Assembly: GCF_006345805.1 (NCBI RefSeq)
Contig: NC_043000.1
Coordinates: 123,442,001 to 123,506,000 of the forward strand
Length of the DNA: 64,000 bases
Direction of reading: 5' to 3'
From: Octopus sinensis
Lineage: Eukaryota
The notes under the pieces are model-generated. The model was given only the letters and a program-made list of their open reading frames with translations, was not told the DNA's origin and did no database searches. Below are positions 24,421 through 36,746 of the stretch, in pieces; the stretch's first letter is position 1; each line of letters starts with the position of its first letter. The translations under genes and the position numbers were made by a program.

Positions 24421-27030
24421 AATATTTATTTCCCCACAAGGGAACAACAAAGAGGGGCATTACAATCTAACATGGAATCAGATTTCACGTATAGGTTAAC
24501 AAAAGGATGAATTTTAAAATTTTACCTCGAATGATAACATATACAAGACAACAATACAGAATGGAGTGGGGAGGCGGGGTATGCTTGGACCCCTTGACCC
24601 CGTCTCACTATCGATGCTTTGGGTTCTTCTTGCATTGTACTCATGCGGTTCCATCCATACGCAACATTCGTGCGACATTCTTCCATCGATCTTGGAACAT
24701 TTTTGCGGGCAGGCAATTTTTCTCTAACCCTATTTTCCTTCTTTGGTAGAAGGTGAAGAAATTCACCAAGCCAGGGCCAGAGATGAAAATGCCTGTTATT
24801 AACTCTTTCACTCGTGTCTTCCAAATTACCTCTCTCGCAGTTGCTACTACGATGAGAAAGCAATTCTTACCTTCTTTCTATAGGAAATCCGGTGGGTCAA
24901 TTTTTACTATTGACTCAATCGATAGCTGTACTCGTCCTGTATTTGACAACAGTTGTTCAGTATAAACCCACACATCTGACACCTCCGAACACAGAACGAT
25001 AGCGTACGGGACGGTTTCCCTGTCCCGCCCACATCTTGGACAGGTCGGTGGGCCAGAGCCACCATGCCTTGCAAGCTTGTCCCGGACAGGTAAGTCTCCT
25101 CGGTAACATTGCCATGCCAAAGACTTCTGGAAGTTATCCAGTGTCTTCGGCCCGAATGTACGTTGGAAGAGACTGGCCGAGAGGTTTCAGTTCCAATATA
25201 CTGTATATGTAGATAAAGGAAGAAACAAAGAACCAGGAAGATTAAATGCGATAATTTATTCGACCTGTTAAAGAGCATTAATACGGCAAAGTTCCTCATC
25301 CGCAGCCTGAAGAAAGTATTTGTGATAACTCTTGCTTGGAACGTGCTGCAATATTGAAAGTCCTAAACCCAAATATTTCTCAGGCTCGTATTGAAATCAA
25401 GTCAAAATAGAAGTGAAGGGCAGCAGAAGCTGTGGACGCCGTAAAATCGCTGTTAAGGCACAGGGAACTAGTAGGTGTAGTGCTTCGTGGAAGGGCTGAA
25501 TTGCGTAGCGGAACAATGCCTCATAACAGTAAGGTGCAGAGGAAAGACAGGAGGTTACTGATTCGGTATGAACCAGGAGGAAGAAGTTAGCCGGGAATCT
25601 AGAATATAACAGTAGGGAACCCGGACAACAAAACGTAAGCAAATAATGAATCACAAAGTTTCATTGCTTGAGCATTGGAAAGCATAGCCTCATCAAATAA
25701 AATTCAAAATTCTGTTGGTCTGTCTTTTTACCAAGTTCTTCCAACTGGTAGGGACTCGGAAGTGGATCTTTAGTAGCTATCAAAAAGCCCTAGGCCTACC
25801 TCTGATACCATAATTGGAGCCCATCTGCAGTAGGATTAACCATTGCAAATGCCTTATCCTAGCCAAGAAGACAATCGCTTTTGTCAACGCTGGGGAGAAG
25901 CTAACATTACCCGTCAGTGCCACTTCCTCCAGTCTGTTTACAACGGCACAAAATTGTGTGTTAAAGTCACCATTACGGAAGTAACTAAAGTTCTTGGAAA
26001 CTATTGGGTTGTCCGGAAAGTTCGTGCCGATTTATAGTAGCTTATGTTTCGTCTTATTTTAGAACATGGTTGAGTCCATAAAATAGGATTTGACTACACC
26101 TCCATTTAGAGCACAGTTAAAGCTATCTTTTCGTGAAAGAAGGTTTATGTTCTTATAACCTGTGTTAATTCTGTAACCCTTTAAAATGAAAGATAAGAGA
26201 ATTCATTTTCGGCACTTGATGTTTTAGGAACCAGACAAAAATTGCTGCAGCTTGGCTGGGATGTGTTACCCTACCCTCCATATTCACCAGATATTGCTCC
26301 TTCGGATTTCCACTTATTCAGGTCTCTGCAGAATAGTCTTAATGGTAAAAATTTCAATTCCTTGGATGAGGTAAAAAGATACCTTGATGAATTCTTTGTC
26401 ATGAAACCGCCTCAATTCTGGGAAGAGGGTATTTTCAAGTTAAAGGAAAGATGGGGACGCATTGAGCAACAAAATGGTTCATATTTGGTTGATTAAAAAT
26501 GTAATGGCAAGTATTTATTGAACTTTTTCTTTCCTTTAAAAATCGGCACGAACTTTCCGGACAACCCAATATTTTAACGGTGAGGCTTGGTCGAGAATGA
26601 AGCTGCTTTGAGTCCCAATATACTGTGTATGTGGATAAAGGAAGAAACAGAAAATCAGGAGGATTAAATGCGGATTATTCAACCAGTTAAAGAGCATTAA
26701 TACGGCAAAGATTTTGAAATACATCTTGAACGATACTGTTAGAAGATATACACAATGGTTTCTTATGCAGTTGGTACATGATGTATGCAGTGTAGAACAG
26801 GATCTCTACTGGAGAACAGGAACAGACGTACGTGTCAAAGGCTGCCTACGGAATAAACTTCCTCTCTGCTGAGATCCGAACTCGACCGCGCAAACCCACC
26901 TCACCAATAGCGGGAAGATTTCTCCTTATAAGCTGATGGTGGGCTCCAGCGAATAGACATAAATTGCCCGCGCTCAGCTGGTCTGTCACGTGATGGGATG
27001 AGAGCCCGCGTAAAGCCAGAAGGGCTAGAT
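24421..27030 (-). mobile_element. L1/Tx1-clade LINE ORF2 C-terminal remnant with 3' UTR, fragmented
   Basis: LDNFQKSLAWQCYRGDLPVRDKLARHGGSGPPTCPRCGRDRETVPYAIVLC (zf-RVT-like) at ~24880-25160; identity secure to ~25300, extension to ~27030 tentative. Confidence 0.75.
26004..26569 (+). mobile_element. Internally deleted mariner transposon
   Basis: ~30-bp TIRs TTGGGTTGTCCGGAAAGTTCGTGCCGATTT / AAATCGGCACGAACTTTCCGGACAACCCAA, TA TSD; N-terminus MKDKRIHFRHLMF (26186) fused to C-terminus LGWDVLPYPPYSPDIAPSDFHLF...GSYLVD*. Confidence 0.95.
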
Positions 27031-27487
27031 CATGTGATCACTCTCCAAACATAGAGAGGACAGACAAGGACATACAAAGGGATTATCACATGACTTCATG
27101 TAACCACTTGAAGAAAACAAGCGTGATAAGCAGATATTCGGCAGACTAGCAAACTGTAAACATATACTTGCTACACAATAATTTCAATATATATAAATCC
27201 AGAAATGTAGCTGATCTTAGAAGCCTACAAACAGATGGTTTTATGAGAACCTCTATTCCCTGAGAAGACCGCATAAAGGAGGTCTCTGCGTGGAAGACGG
27301 CATAATATACTGAGTTAATAGTGGTGGACAAGTAAAGTGGCGGATTTGATAGTGAATTATATTTTTCAACCTGTGGTGCTTAGAAAGTTCTGTGATATTA
27401 TACTGTTGACAATTATGCTTTTATCGTTCGTTGGTGTTTCGTTTTATCGAAGTCTCAAATGATAAAACGATAAACGTCGCCCTTTTT

Positions 27488-27782
27488 CAAGCATAGCCAG
27501 GCTCATAGGCCCGGTTTCCCGGTTTCTGTGGCGTATCTGTTCCCCCCAGCTGGACGGGACGCCAGTCCATAGCAGCGTTACTCAAGAAACAGGAAGAAAG
27601 AGTGAGAGAAAGTTGTGGCGAAAGAGTACAACAGGGGTCACCCCCACCCCCCCTGCCGGAGCTTCGTGGAGCTTTTAGGTGTTTTCGTTCAATAAACACA
27701 CGCGATGCCCTGTCTAGGAATCGAAACTGTGATCCTCCGACCGCAAGTCCGCTGCCCTAACCACTGGGCCATTGCGCCTCCA
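27488..27782 (-). mobile_element. SINE family C, full length
   Basis: Same head as 736-999. Confidence 0.9.
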
Positions 27783-27904
27783 GTTTCAAATGGTACTCGT
27801 GATAATGTCTCTCTGTCCCTACACTTCAACTTCGCATAAATCGTTGTAAAGCTGTGTTTTGAGTTGCCACAATGGTTTTTAGACGGGAACAAGCTCATGT
27901 ATTC

Positions 27905-28122
27905 CGAACTGCAGTGTATATTTTTTGTTTCATCTTTTATTTGTCACACTTATTGGACTGCGGCCGAACTGGAGCACCGGCTTGAAAGGTTTACTCGAAC
28001 AACGCAACCCCAACCCTTATCTTTAAACCTGGTACTTGATCTATCGTATATCTTTTGCCGAACTGGTATGATATGGGGACAGAAACAAACCGACACGGTT
28101 GTCAAGCAATGGTGAAGAACAA

Positions 28123-28184
<62 letters not shown>

Positions 28185-28368
28185 ACACACACACGTACGT
28201 ACGACAAGTTTCCGAACAGTTTATGTCTACTTAATTCATTCACAAAGCACTGGTCAACCCGGAGCTATAGAAGAAGACATTTGCTCAAGGTGCCATGCAG
28301 TGGGACTGAACTCGGAACTACTTTACTGCAAAGCAAACTTCTTAACCACGCATCCATGCCTAAGATAT
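27905..28368 (-). mobile_element. Decayed SINE-B with (CA)n
   Basis: Degenerate head at ~28270-28365 and tail at ~27950. Confidence 0.75.
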
Positions 28369-28484
28369 ACAATTTACTTTCTTTTTCTTTTTTACTAACT
28401 TTTATTCTTTTGTAAATTGTGTCCTTTCGATGGCAAGAAAAAAGGAAAGGGTTTTGGATTGTTTGTTTCTTTTTTATATTTACT

Positions 28485-28898
28485 AATTTCTTTATTGCCA
28501 ACAGGAGGCTAAACATAGAGAAGACAGACAAGGATATACAAAGGGATTAAGTCGATTACATCGATCCCAGTGCGTAACTGGTACTTATTTAATTGAACCC
28601 GAAAGGATGAAAGCAAAGCCGACCTCGGCGAATTTGAACTCACAACGTAACGGTAGATGAAATACCTATTTCTTTACTACCCACAAGGGGCTAAACACAG
28701 AGGGAACAAACTGGAACAGACAAACGTATTAAGTCGATTACATCGACCCCAGTGCGTAACTGGTACTTATTTAATCGACCCCGAAAGGATGAAAGGCAAA
28801 GTTGACCTCGGCAGAATTTGAACTCAGAACGTAGCGGCAGACGAAATACTGTCAAATATTTCGCCCAACATGCTAATAATTCTACCAGCTCACCGCTC
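28485..28898 (-). mobile_element. SINE-A head-to-tail dimer
   Basis: Junction GATGAAATACC|TATTTCTTTACTAC at ~28667. Confidence 0.88.
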
Positions 28899-30049
28899 TT
28901 CGATTCACTGAACTTCCGTGTCGTTGCTCGACCTTCTAGAAATAAAGGTCAGTTATTCCTTATATCATATCCTACAACTTTGCAAACTAGAAGGTAGGAC
29001 ACAAAGTAGTCGAAAATACACTGTGTCTGAACAGAAAACGGGACTGTCTCGGTTGGAACGTCTGTATGATCATATGACTATTCCAAGTTGGCCTGGAACT
29101 ATATAAGAATAATAAGAACAACAGCCAACAGCAGATGTGGGTTGCAGCCCGTCATTTCCACCTTATCCCAATAAAAATGTGTTGGTAATGAGAAAACACT
29201 TCTCATATATTCAATATATTTGTATGATATATGCCGCTAAAGTGATTGAGCAGATTAGTTAATGGAGAAATATGATTATATTGAATGGAGAAATATGATT
29301 ATATTGAAGGGAGCTATCGTAGCCTAAGATATCAAGCTACATAATAATAATGCTTTTCAATAGATCGATGTTTCATTCGTGCAATGAAAGATTTTCTGAA
29401 CGTGACCAAGGGAAATAACTCTAACAAGTAAATTAAAGTTATCTCCCTTAGATAAAATATACCTTGTATTAAAATTACAGGTCGTTCACTTTGGAAATGA
29501 ACATACTCTGTGAATAGTCAAATCACTTTATTGATCTGAGAGGATTTACTTCAATCAAGACATTCTAACATGTGCCAAAAACGTTTTCTTTCAAAAACAG
29601 GGTCGAAAATCAGTGTTTTTATCGGTTTATGCAGCAGGCCAGACAAATGCTTTGCGGTATTTCTCCGGACTATATGTTCTGAGTCCGAATTCTACCTAGG
29701 TCGACTTTGCCTTTCATCTTTTCGAGGTCAATAAAATGAGTACCAGGACTGGGGTCGATGTAATTGAATAGTCCGTTTCCTCAAAAATGTCAGCCCTTAT
29801 ACCTAAAGTACAAAGGATTATACAAAATATTCTTTTATCATCTCTTACGTGCTTGTCATTAGACTGCGCCCATGCTGGGGCACCACCTTAAAGAGTATTA
29901 GTCGAACAAATCGATTCCAGGACTTATCTTTATGATACATATTTTTGGTACATATTCTAAAAGCTTCATTTCCCACACCTTATTATTTCACTACCCTTAT
30001 TATCTAAACTAAAATTCCAACATGTTATAGCATCTAATTTCTTGTTGCT

Positions 30050-30590
30050 TTTTTTTTTTAATTGATAGGTTAACTGGATGCTAAGTTTGTAATCTCTCTA
30101 TCACTTAAAATCTCATTATTTTCACTATAATTAGGTGTTATACTTTCAGGACTAAGGAAAATAATTTCCTTGTCGTATCCTGCCTTAGAAAAAGCGAATT
30201 TGTAGTAGTGGGAATGGGTATTAAAGATAATTGCTGATAATTTCGTAATTCTCTTAGAAATACTTTTAACGACTGATTTTAACACATTGGGGAGGTGATT
30301 TGATCATTTGTTCACGTACCTCATGATTTCACCTGGTTTCCTATAGGGGTGGTATAATCCTAAGTTAATGTCTAAGTTAGTGTGTAAGAAATTTTCCATC
30401 TTTGTGCCATATTCAAATATAATACCTAAGTTGAAACTTTTAAAAAGTTTTCTAATTCTCTTCCTCATTCTTTCTATGACTGATTTATTGTTGCTAGGGA
30501 TAATGAATAGAGCATCATCTCTATATAAACCTCCTTCCCTCTTCTTGCTCTGTTAGAGTAAAATTATATTAATGTGTCCAACTGATTAAA
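30050..30590 (-). mobile_element. Penelope-like RT remnant (Naiad-like)
   Basis: Minus frame: GGLYRDDALFII...ERMRKRIRKLFKSFNLGI...NFLHTNLDINLGLYHPYRKPGE..RYVNK*SNHLPNVLK...KRITKLS...YKFAFSKAGY. Confidence 0.8.
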
Positions 30591-30741
30591 AACTATATTT
30601 ATTTACGCAGCTGAAGATAGCCCTGCATCTAAACTGATGTAATGATTGCATTGTTCAATTAAATGGAGCCACTTGAAACGGTCATACTGCATCACCTCTT
30701 GATATCCTGTTACTTATTTTGATTGTGTGTGTGTATGAATA

Positions 30742-30802
<61 letters not shown>

Positions 30803-30917
30803 AGATTTTATAGTTAGCTTGAAGCATTGTATATGAAATATAATGTTGAAAGATGTAAAAGGCCAAACAAAGCACATAGATTTTAAGATGAGGTGGTGTA
30901 AACTAAAAGTAAGTTAC

Positions 30918-31009
30918 CTGGTAATCTTTGGTCTCATGTGTATCCAATATTTCGGGACATACAAGACCCTCCTCAGGGTTAAAAAGGAACTGTCCTTGGT
31001 TAGATGTTT
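30918..31009 (-). CDS. Candidate exon of unidentified minus-strand gene
   Basis: Acceptor TTTTATCTCTGACAAG, donor CAG|GTAACT; two open frames (TSNQGQFLFNPEEGLVCPEILDTHETKDYQ or KHLTKDSSFLTLRRVLYVPKYWIHMRPKIT). Confidence 0.5.
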
Positions 31010-31211
31010 CTTGTCAGAGATAAAATAATTCTATGATTATATTTGAATTTTCAAGCGTTTCTTTTCTTCGTGAATGTTAGTGACATCAGTTATTAGCTTA
31101 TCGCCCTACAAATCAATTTTCATCACCTCTTTTCTAATATGTAGCAAATGTACCTGTGTCTGTATGTAATGTTATGTATTGCGTGCCTAGCTCCAATCTA
31201 TTATTACTCAC

Positions 31212-31455
31212 CACTCCTGAAACCTTCACAGTTGTTAGAAACTTAGTCTCCATCACTTTGGGGACATCAGAGAAATCTTCACATAACTATTTATCATTTC
31301 TTCCGTTAGACTTTTGGTCTTGGTTGAAGGTTTTCTTATAAGAGAAGAACCAAAATACATCATGTTCAAGAGGGGTTTTAATCTTATTACGTAACTGCTT
31401 GGCACAGATCAAGCAGTTTGCCTGTGTCTTGGCAGACATGAATTGGCCTCTCCTC
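31212..31455 (-). CDS. Candidate exon(s) of unidentified minus-strand gene; internal boundaries unresolved
   Basis: Strong donor GTG|GTGAGT at ~31212; open segments FSDVPKVMETKFLTTVKVSGV and RRGQFMSAKTQANCLICAKQL or ERPIHVCQDTGKLLDLCQAV. Confidence 0.4.
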
Positions 31456-31624
31456 TGTGCATTTGACATGTATCAAATTTTCTCATGCACCACAGTTACA
31501 TGGACACACACACACATGTGTGTGTGTATAATCAAAATTATCTCAGAGTTTTAGCACAATAAAATTTACTGTCTCAGTCTATTTATATTTCGATACACTG
31601 AATCACATAGGTATAACTGATGGA

Positions 31625-32030
31625 GCAGTGGCTGTGTGGTAAGTAGCTTGCTTACCAACCACATGGTTCCGGGTTCATTCCCACTGTGTAGCACCTTGGG
31701 CAAATGTCTTCTACTATAGCCTCGGGCCGACCAAAACCTTGTGAGTGGATTTGGGAGACGGAAACTGGAAGAAGCCCGTCGTATATATGTATATGTGTGT
31801 GTGTATGTTTGTGTGTCTGTTTGTCCCCCCCACCACCATCACCAGCATCGCTTGACAACTAATACTGGTGTGTTTACATCCCTGTAACTTAACAGTTTGA
31901 CAAAAGAGACTGATAGAACAAGTACTAGGCTTACAAAGAATAAGTCCTGGGGTTGATTTGCTCGACTATAAAGATGGTGCTCCAGCATGGTCGCAGTCAA
32001 ATGACTGAAACAAGTAAAAGAGTAAAAGAG
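31625..32030 (+). mobile_element. SINE-B, full length
   Basis: Head, middle and GTAAAAGAG tail. Confidence 0.9.
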
Positions 32031-32121
32031 AGTTCTTCCTATTGATTCTGAGATCAACTTCTCCAGTGATCGTTGCAGTGCTGGTGATATACCATTTGCA
32101 GGTTATAACAGCCCTCCAAAA

Positions 32122-32352
32122 GGTGGCGAGCTGGCAGAAATGTTAGCACGCCGGGCAAAATGCGTAGCCATATTTCGTCTGTTGTTACGTTCTGAGTTCT
32201 AATTCCACTGAGGTCGACTTTGCCTTTCATCCTTTTGAGTTCGATAAATTAAGTACCAGTTACGCACCGGGGTCGATGTAATTGGCTTAATCCCTTTGTC
32301 TGTCCTTGTTTGTCCCCTCTGTGTTTAGCCCCTTGTGGGTAGTAAAGAAATA
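32122..32352 (+). mobile_element. SINE-A monomer
   Basis: Complete head to AAAGAAATA tail. Confidence 0.9.
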
Positions 32353-32581
32353 TATAATAACCCTCCATCTTGATTCTTATTTTCATTATTTTAAATTTTG
32401 GAAGACACCAAAACAAAGAAATGCATAATATCTGTTAAATATTTTCAGATCAATAAGAATATTTTTGTCTTGTATTATAGATGTTGTTACTGGTGTTGTA
32501 GATGATATAAGTTACAAGCACCAGAACATTGGATTGGATTTTCATTATATCTCTTAGAACCGTAGAAAAGGTTGAGCTTAC

Positions 32582-32632
32582 CCCTGCAAAATAATACTGC
32601 TTATAGCAGTAATCTGTATCTACACATGGTAT
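32582..32632 (-). CDS. Candidate 51-nt phase 0/0 exon, IPCVDTDYCYKQYYFAG
   Basis: Acceptor CAACCAACAG, donor GGG|GTAAGC; only one frame open; phase fits exon 34202-34259. Confidence 0.55.
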
Positions 32633-32671
32633 CTGTTGGTTGTTAGATAAATTCATACTCTTTTCATTCTA

Positions 32672-32977
32672 GCAGTGATCCATGTGACGGTGGCACGTAA
32701 AAAGCACCATCCAAACGTGGCCCATGCCAGCGCCGCCTTGACTGGCTTCTGTGCTGGTGGCACGTAAAAAGCACCAACTAATCGTGGCCATTGCCAGACT
32801 CACCTGGCACGTAAAAGCACCTAATACATTCACAGAGTCTTTGGCATTAGGAAGGGCATCCAGCTGTAGAAACACTGCCAGATCAGACTGGAGCCTGGTG
32901 CAGCCTTCTGGCTTCCCAGACCCCGGTCGAACCGTCCAACCCATGATAGCATGGAAAACGGACGTTAAATGATGATG
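32672..32977 (+). mobile_element. 5'-truncated RTE 3' end with (ATG)n tail
   Basis: CCGTCCAACCCATG.TAGCATGGAAAACGGACGTTAAATGATGATG matches the 3' end of the RTE at 60513. Confidence 0.88.
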
Positions 32978-33917
32978 AATTTTAACAAATCAATCAATAT
33001 TATGTCCTCCTTCATTGTTCACAACTTCGAACAACATTCCATTAGTTTGCTAAAACCTTGACAGTAGAAATCAACAGGTGTTAATGTAAATAACATAAGA
33101 AAAGATTAAAATAAATACAAAAAAGAAAAAGAATCTATCTGACAACGTAATATGTATAACAAGATTACTCGAGGCTTTCATTTACATGTTTGGCCAAGGA
33201 TCTTCTGCACGGCTGGTGACAGGCTGACAATTATCAATTCATTCCTTGATAGTTCAACACCTTCATTTTGAAAATATTACAATGAGAATTCTGTTCCAAC
33301 CCACATTTATCACTTGTACCTAACTATTAGTTTTATGTCAACCTTAAATAAATCCTCTCTCTATTCTTTATCTTAAGCCTTTTACCTTGCTAAAACAATT
33401 CTATTTATTTAACACTTCACATCACTCTCACAAGGTCTCCATCATCAGAACCTTCTACTAACCTTTGACACAATCCTTCACAAGAACTGAATCTCTCTTG
33501 AATCGTCCATCCACTTTTATACTTCACACAGTAACAATTTTGAAGTACTTTAATTAAAATCCATCTGCACTAACGACACCCAGCTATTCTCCGCTTTGTA
33601 AGTAAACAAGAGAGAAATCAGAGTAGACACCTTAATAATCTACTCTATACCCAACCATAACACTAGTGTTCCTTATTTAAGATTAGCAAGACATCACTGA
33701 CTCATTCAGACTAATTATTACTTCACTCTTTTTTGACAATTATATAATGGGTTATCTTATTTTGTATAATTATTCCATTAATAATACAATAACTTAAAAT
33801 AAATCTTTTGTTCCAAAATAATTATTTGTTAGACTTATTGCTTAAAACAAACCTATAATCCTGCTTTCCCCTAATTATATTGTAGAAAACAAATGTGTGA
33901 GAGAAGAATAAATATGT

Positions 33918-34154
33918 ACCTATTTCTTTACTACCCACAGGGGGCTAAACACAGAGGAAACAAACAAGGACAGACAGACGGATTAAGTCGATTATATCAA
34001 CCCCAGTGTGTAACTGGTACTTAATTTATCGACCTCGAAAGGATGAAAGGCAAAGTCGACCTCAGCAGAATTTGAACTCAGAACGTAACAGCAGATGAAA
34101 TACCATTAAGCATTTCGCCCAGTATGCTAACATTTCTGCCAGCTCGCTGCCTTT
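33918..34154 (-). mobile_element. SINE-A monomer, CpG-decayed
   Basis: Complete; many CG to TG/CA changes relative to 22981-23212. Confidence 0.9.
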
Positions 34155-34201
34155 AAGAAGAATAAATATGTACCAATGTAAGTATATGTGTGTGCTCTTA
34201 C

Positions 34202-34259
34202 TTCCTGCATATCATCAAACGGTGGGTCTCTACCACTCTGAGAGGTATGATAGCACAAT
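34202..34259 (-). CDS. Candidate 58-nt exon, LCYHTSQSGRDPPFDDMQE
   Basis: Acceptor AACTTAACCAG, donor GAA|GTAAGA; ends in phase 0. Confidence 0.55.
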
Positions 34260-34306
34260 CTGGTTAAGTTGCATGTATTTATCTCTTAAAGTTCATAAAA
34301 GTTTAA

Positions 34307-34499
34307 CCTTTTAGCATTCAGATTATTTTGTTAAATGTGATGCTTATTTATTCACATTGTTTTGAATTTATCACACATTATCCTTTAGCTTTGAGGTTTC
34401 AATGATGTGATTGTTCATTTTTAGAATGATTTTGCAGGGTAGGTGTGAGAGGCTGGATTTGGTCAGTTTGAACATAAAAATGAGTAGAATATTTGGGCA
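34307..34499. mobile_element. TTAA-type MITE family 1, right end lost
   Basis: TTAA-CCTTTTAGCATTCAGATT start; aligns with 38798-39015. Confidence 0.75.
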
Positions 34500-35290
34500 A
34501 AAAAAAAAAAAAATTACAACATTAATTAAAAACAAAGTTTCAGTTAAATGACATCATCATCATCATCATTTAGTATCCCTGTTCCATGCTGGCATGAGTT
34601 GATCAATTCAACAGGATCTGATGGGTCCAAGGACTATATCATACTCCCTTGTCTGCTTTGCGTTGCTTTCTATAGCTGGATACCTTTCCTAATGCCAACC
34701 ACTTTACAGTGTGACTGAGTATTTCTTTTGTGTCATCAGCATTATTGAGGTTGCCATGCACTTTGCAAGACTACAAAACCTGAGGGAGGGTGAAGGAGGC
34801 ACTTTAAACTCAGAGATGAAGGATTAAAGTATGGAAGTGCTGTAGAAATAGTATTTAATATGCATCTGTTCTTGAAGGAAAACACTCTATGTATTTTATA
34901 TGTAGTGCGAAAGGGAAATGTTGCTCTGGTCTAAAAAAGGAAAATGAATATACATGACTTGGTAAAATAGAGATACAGCAATTTGATCTCTCATTCAACC
35001 AAAACATGACTTTTATGGGAATTAGTAGGACAATAGAACAACAGATGGAGTGAGCACTGTATATACACAAAATACATGAGAAGTTTGCATGACACATATA
35101 CAAGATGCAAGGAAGCTCTGCATATGCATAAGATGAAAGTGAGGTGTGCTTGATATTCATGCTTATGCATTAGTATGTAGAAAGTGAATGTGTGATAACA
35201 GTGTTTCAGTTTAAAAACATAAATAGATGAGTTTACATTCTTAGCTACCATGCGTTTTCTGGCAAAATCTGAGCTAGTCAAGTTGAAAAT

Positions 35291-35572
35291 AAATAAATGC
35301 ACCCTTTTAAATCCTAGCCAGGCTCATGGGCCCGGTTTCTCAGTTTCCATGGCATATGTGTTCCCAAGCTGGATGGGACACCAGTCCATCGCAGCGTTAC
35401 TCATCTTTGCCAGCTGAGAGGACTGGAGCAACGTGAAATGAAGTGTTTTGCTCAAGAACACAATGCGTCACCCGGTCCAGGAATTGAAACCACAATCTTA
35501 CAATCATGGTGCTGACACCCACAATCTTACAATCATGGTGCTGACACCCTAACTACTAAGCCATGTGCCTCT
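35291..35572 (-). mobile_element. SINE-D with internal 29-bp tandem duplication
   Basis: CACAATCTTACAATCATGGTGCTGACACC twice (35491-35548). Confidence 0.88.
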
Positions 35573-35815
35573 GCAGTCAATGTAAAGAGCAATATTTTAT
35601 TAAAAGTCCCACACTGTTAATTGCAGTTACAAAAGGTGATGAATTGGTAATGGTGTTGATGTAAAAATGTTAATACATCAATACTGATCTCCAGTGTGTT
35701 CGTGGTGAGAGCATAGAGTGCTCTCTACCAGGACTTGAAATATATATGACCTAGTGGAAATGTAATACAGCAGCTTGGTATCTTTGGTGTCTTGTTCATT
35801 AAGAGTGAGACTCAC

Positions 35816-35910
35816 ATTGAGACCAACTGAGTGAAACAGACTGACACTTTCCACTCTAGTTGAGTTCTAGTTATAGAAAGGAAAAGAGCTTCTTGCTTGA
35901 CTGAGTTTTG
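35816..35910 (-). CDS. Candidate 95-nt exon (coding or 5' UTR)
   Basis: Strong acceptor TTTCTGTTTTTCCTCAG and donor AAT|GTGAGT; one open frame QNSVKQEALFLSITRTQLEWKVSVCFTQLVS ending in phase 2, compatible with 34202-34259. Confidence 0.45.
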
Positions 35911-35964
35911 CTGAGGAAAAACAGAAACAAACAGCTTATTTAGGACGGTATCATTTAGGACTTT

Positions 35965-36200
35965 AAGGCGGCAAGCTGGTAGAAACGTTAGCACGCCGGG
36001 TAAATGCCTTGTGGTATTTCGTCCGCCGCTGCGTTCTGAGTTCAAATTCCGCCAAGGTCGACTTTGCCTTTCATCCTTTCAGGGTCGATAAATTAAGTAC
36101 CAGTTACGCACTAGGGTCAATATAATCGACATAATCCGTTTGTCTGTCTTTGTTTGTCTCCTCTGCGTTTAGCCCCTTGTGGGTAGTAAAGAAATAGGTA
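35965..36200 (+). mobile_element. SINE-A monomer
   Basis: Complete; tail AAAGAAATAGGTAT. Confidence 0.92.
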
Positions 36201-36746
36201 TCATTTAGGACTGAGGCAAAAGTGTGTGACGGCTTTAACACATAAAGTGTGGTGGGCCACGATCATGGCCCAGATAGATGCATTTAATTTATGGGCGTTT
36301 GTTGGGGAGTCTAATGTCACTCAAACGCTCCAATACCCCTCAGAATGCGAGAGGACTAATAGTTCAACTAATGATTTTTCAGATTATGTAAAACTTGCCA
36401 CCATTATATAGACTAAAGTATTTAAACTATTTTTTTGTTTTTTATGAGTGCATAGTGGTCTCCTTTTCATAAAATGTGCTCTGCAGTCCATGCTATGTAA
36501 GTGCAAATCCCAGCGCTTTATGGGGTTAGGTTTCGCTTTATATACATATAGCACTTGGTCCAACAAATTGATGAAAATATTGAACGCCAAAGCTTAAACT
36601 GGGTTGCATTACGGTCACCACAATATTCTTGAAAAGCTGATTTGAGCAAATAGATTTAAGGAATCTCTGCTCGGATTCTGTTCGCTGGAATACACTCGCG
36701 CGCGAACGCACACACACACACAAAGAGCTAATTATGACTCTGCCCT

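Noticed and set aside
30942-30980. CTGAGGA-GGG..CCC-GAAATATT hammerhead-like motif on the minus strand
   Set aside because: Stems I and II are imperfect and it lies inside a candidate coding exon, so it is probably chance.
31287-31469. CLIC..H as a BED finger of a hAT transposon
   Set aside because: No TIRs or DDE region; better explained as exon sequence of the minus-strand gene.
33100-33850. Possible decayed GIY-YIG/Penelope fragment
   Set aside because: Too many stops; no unambiguous motif.
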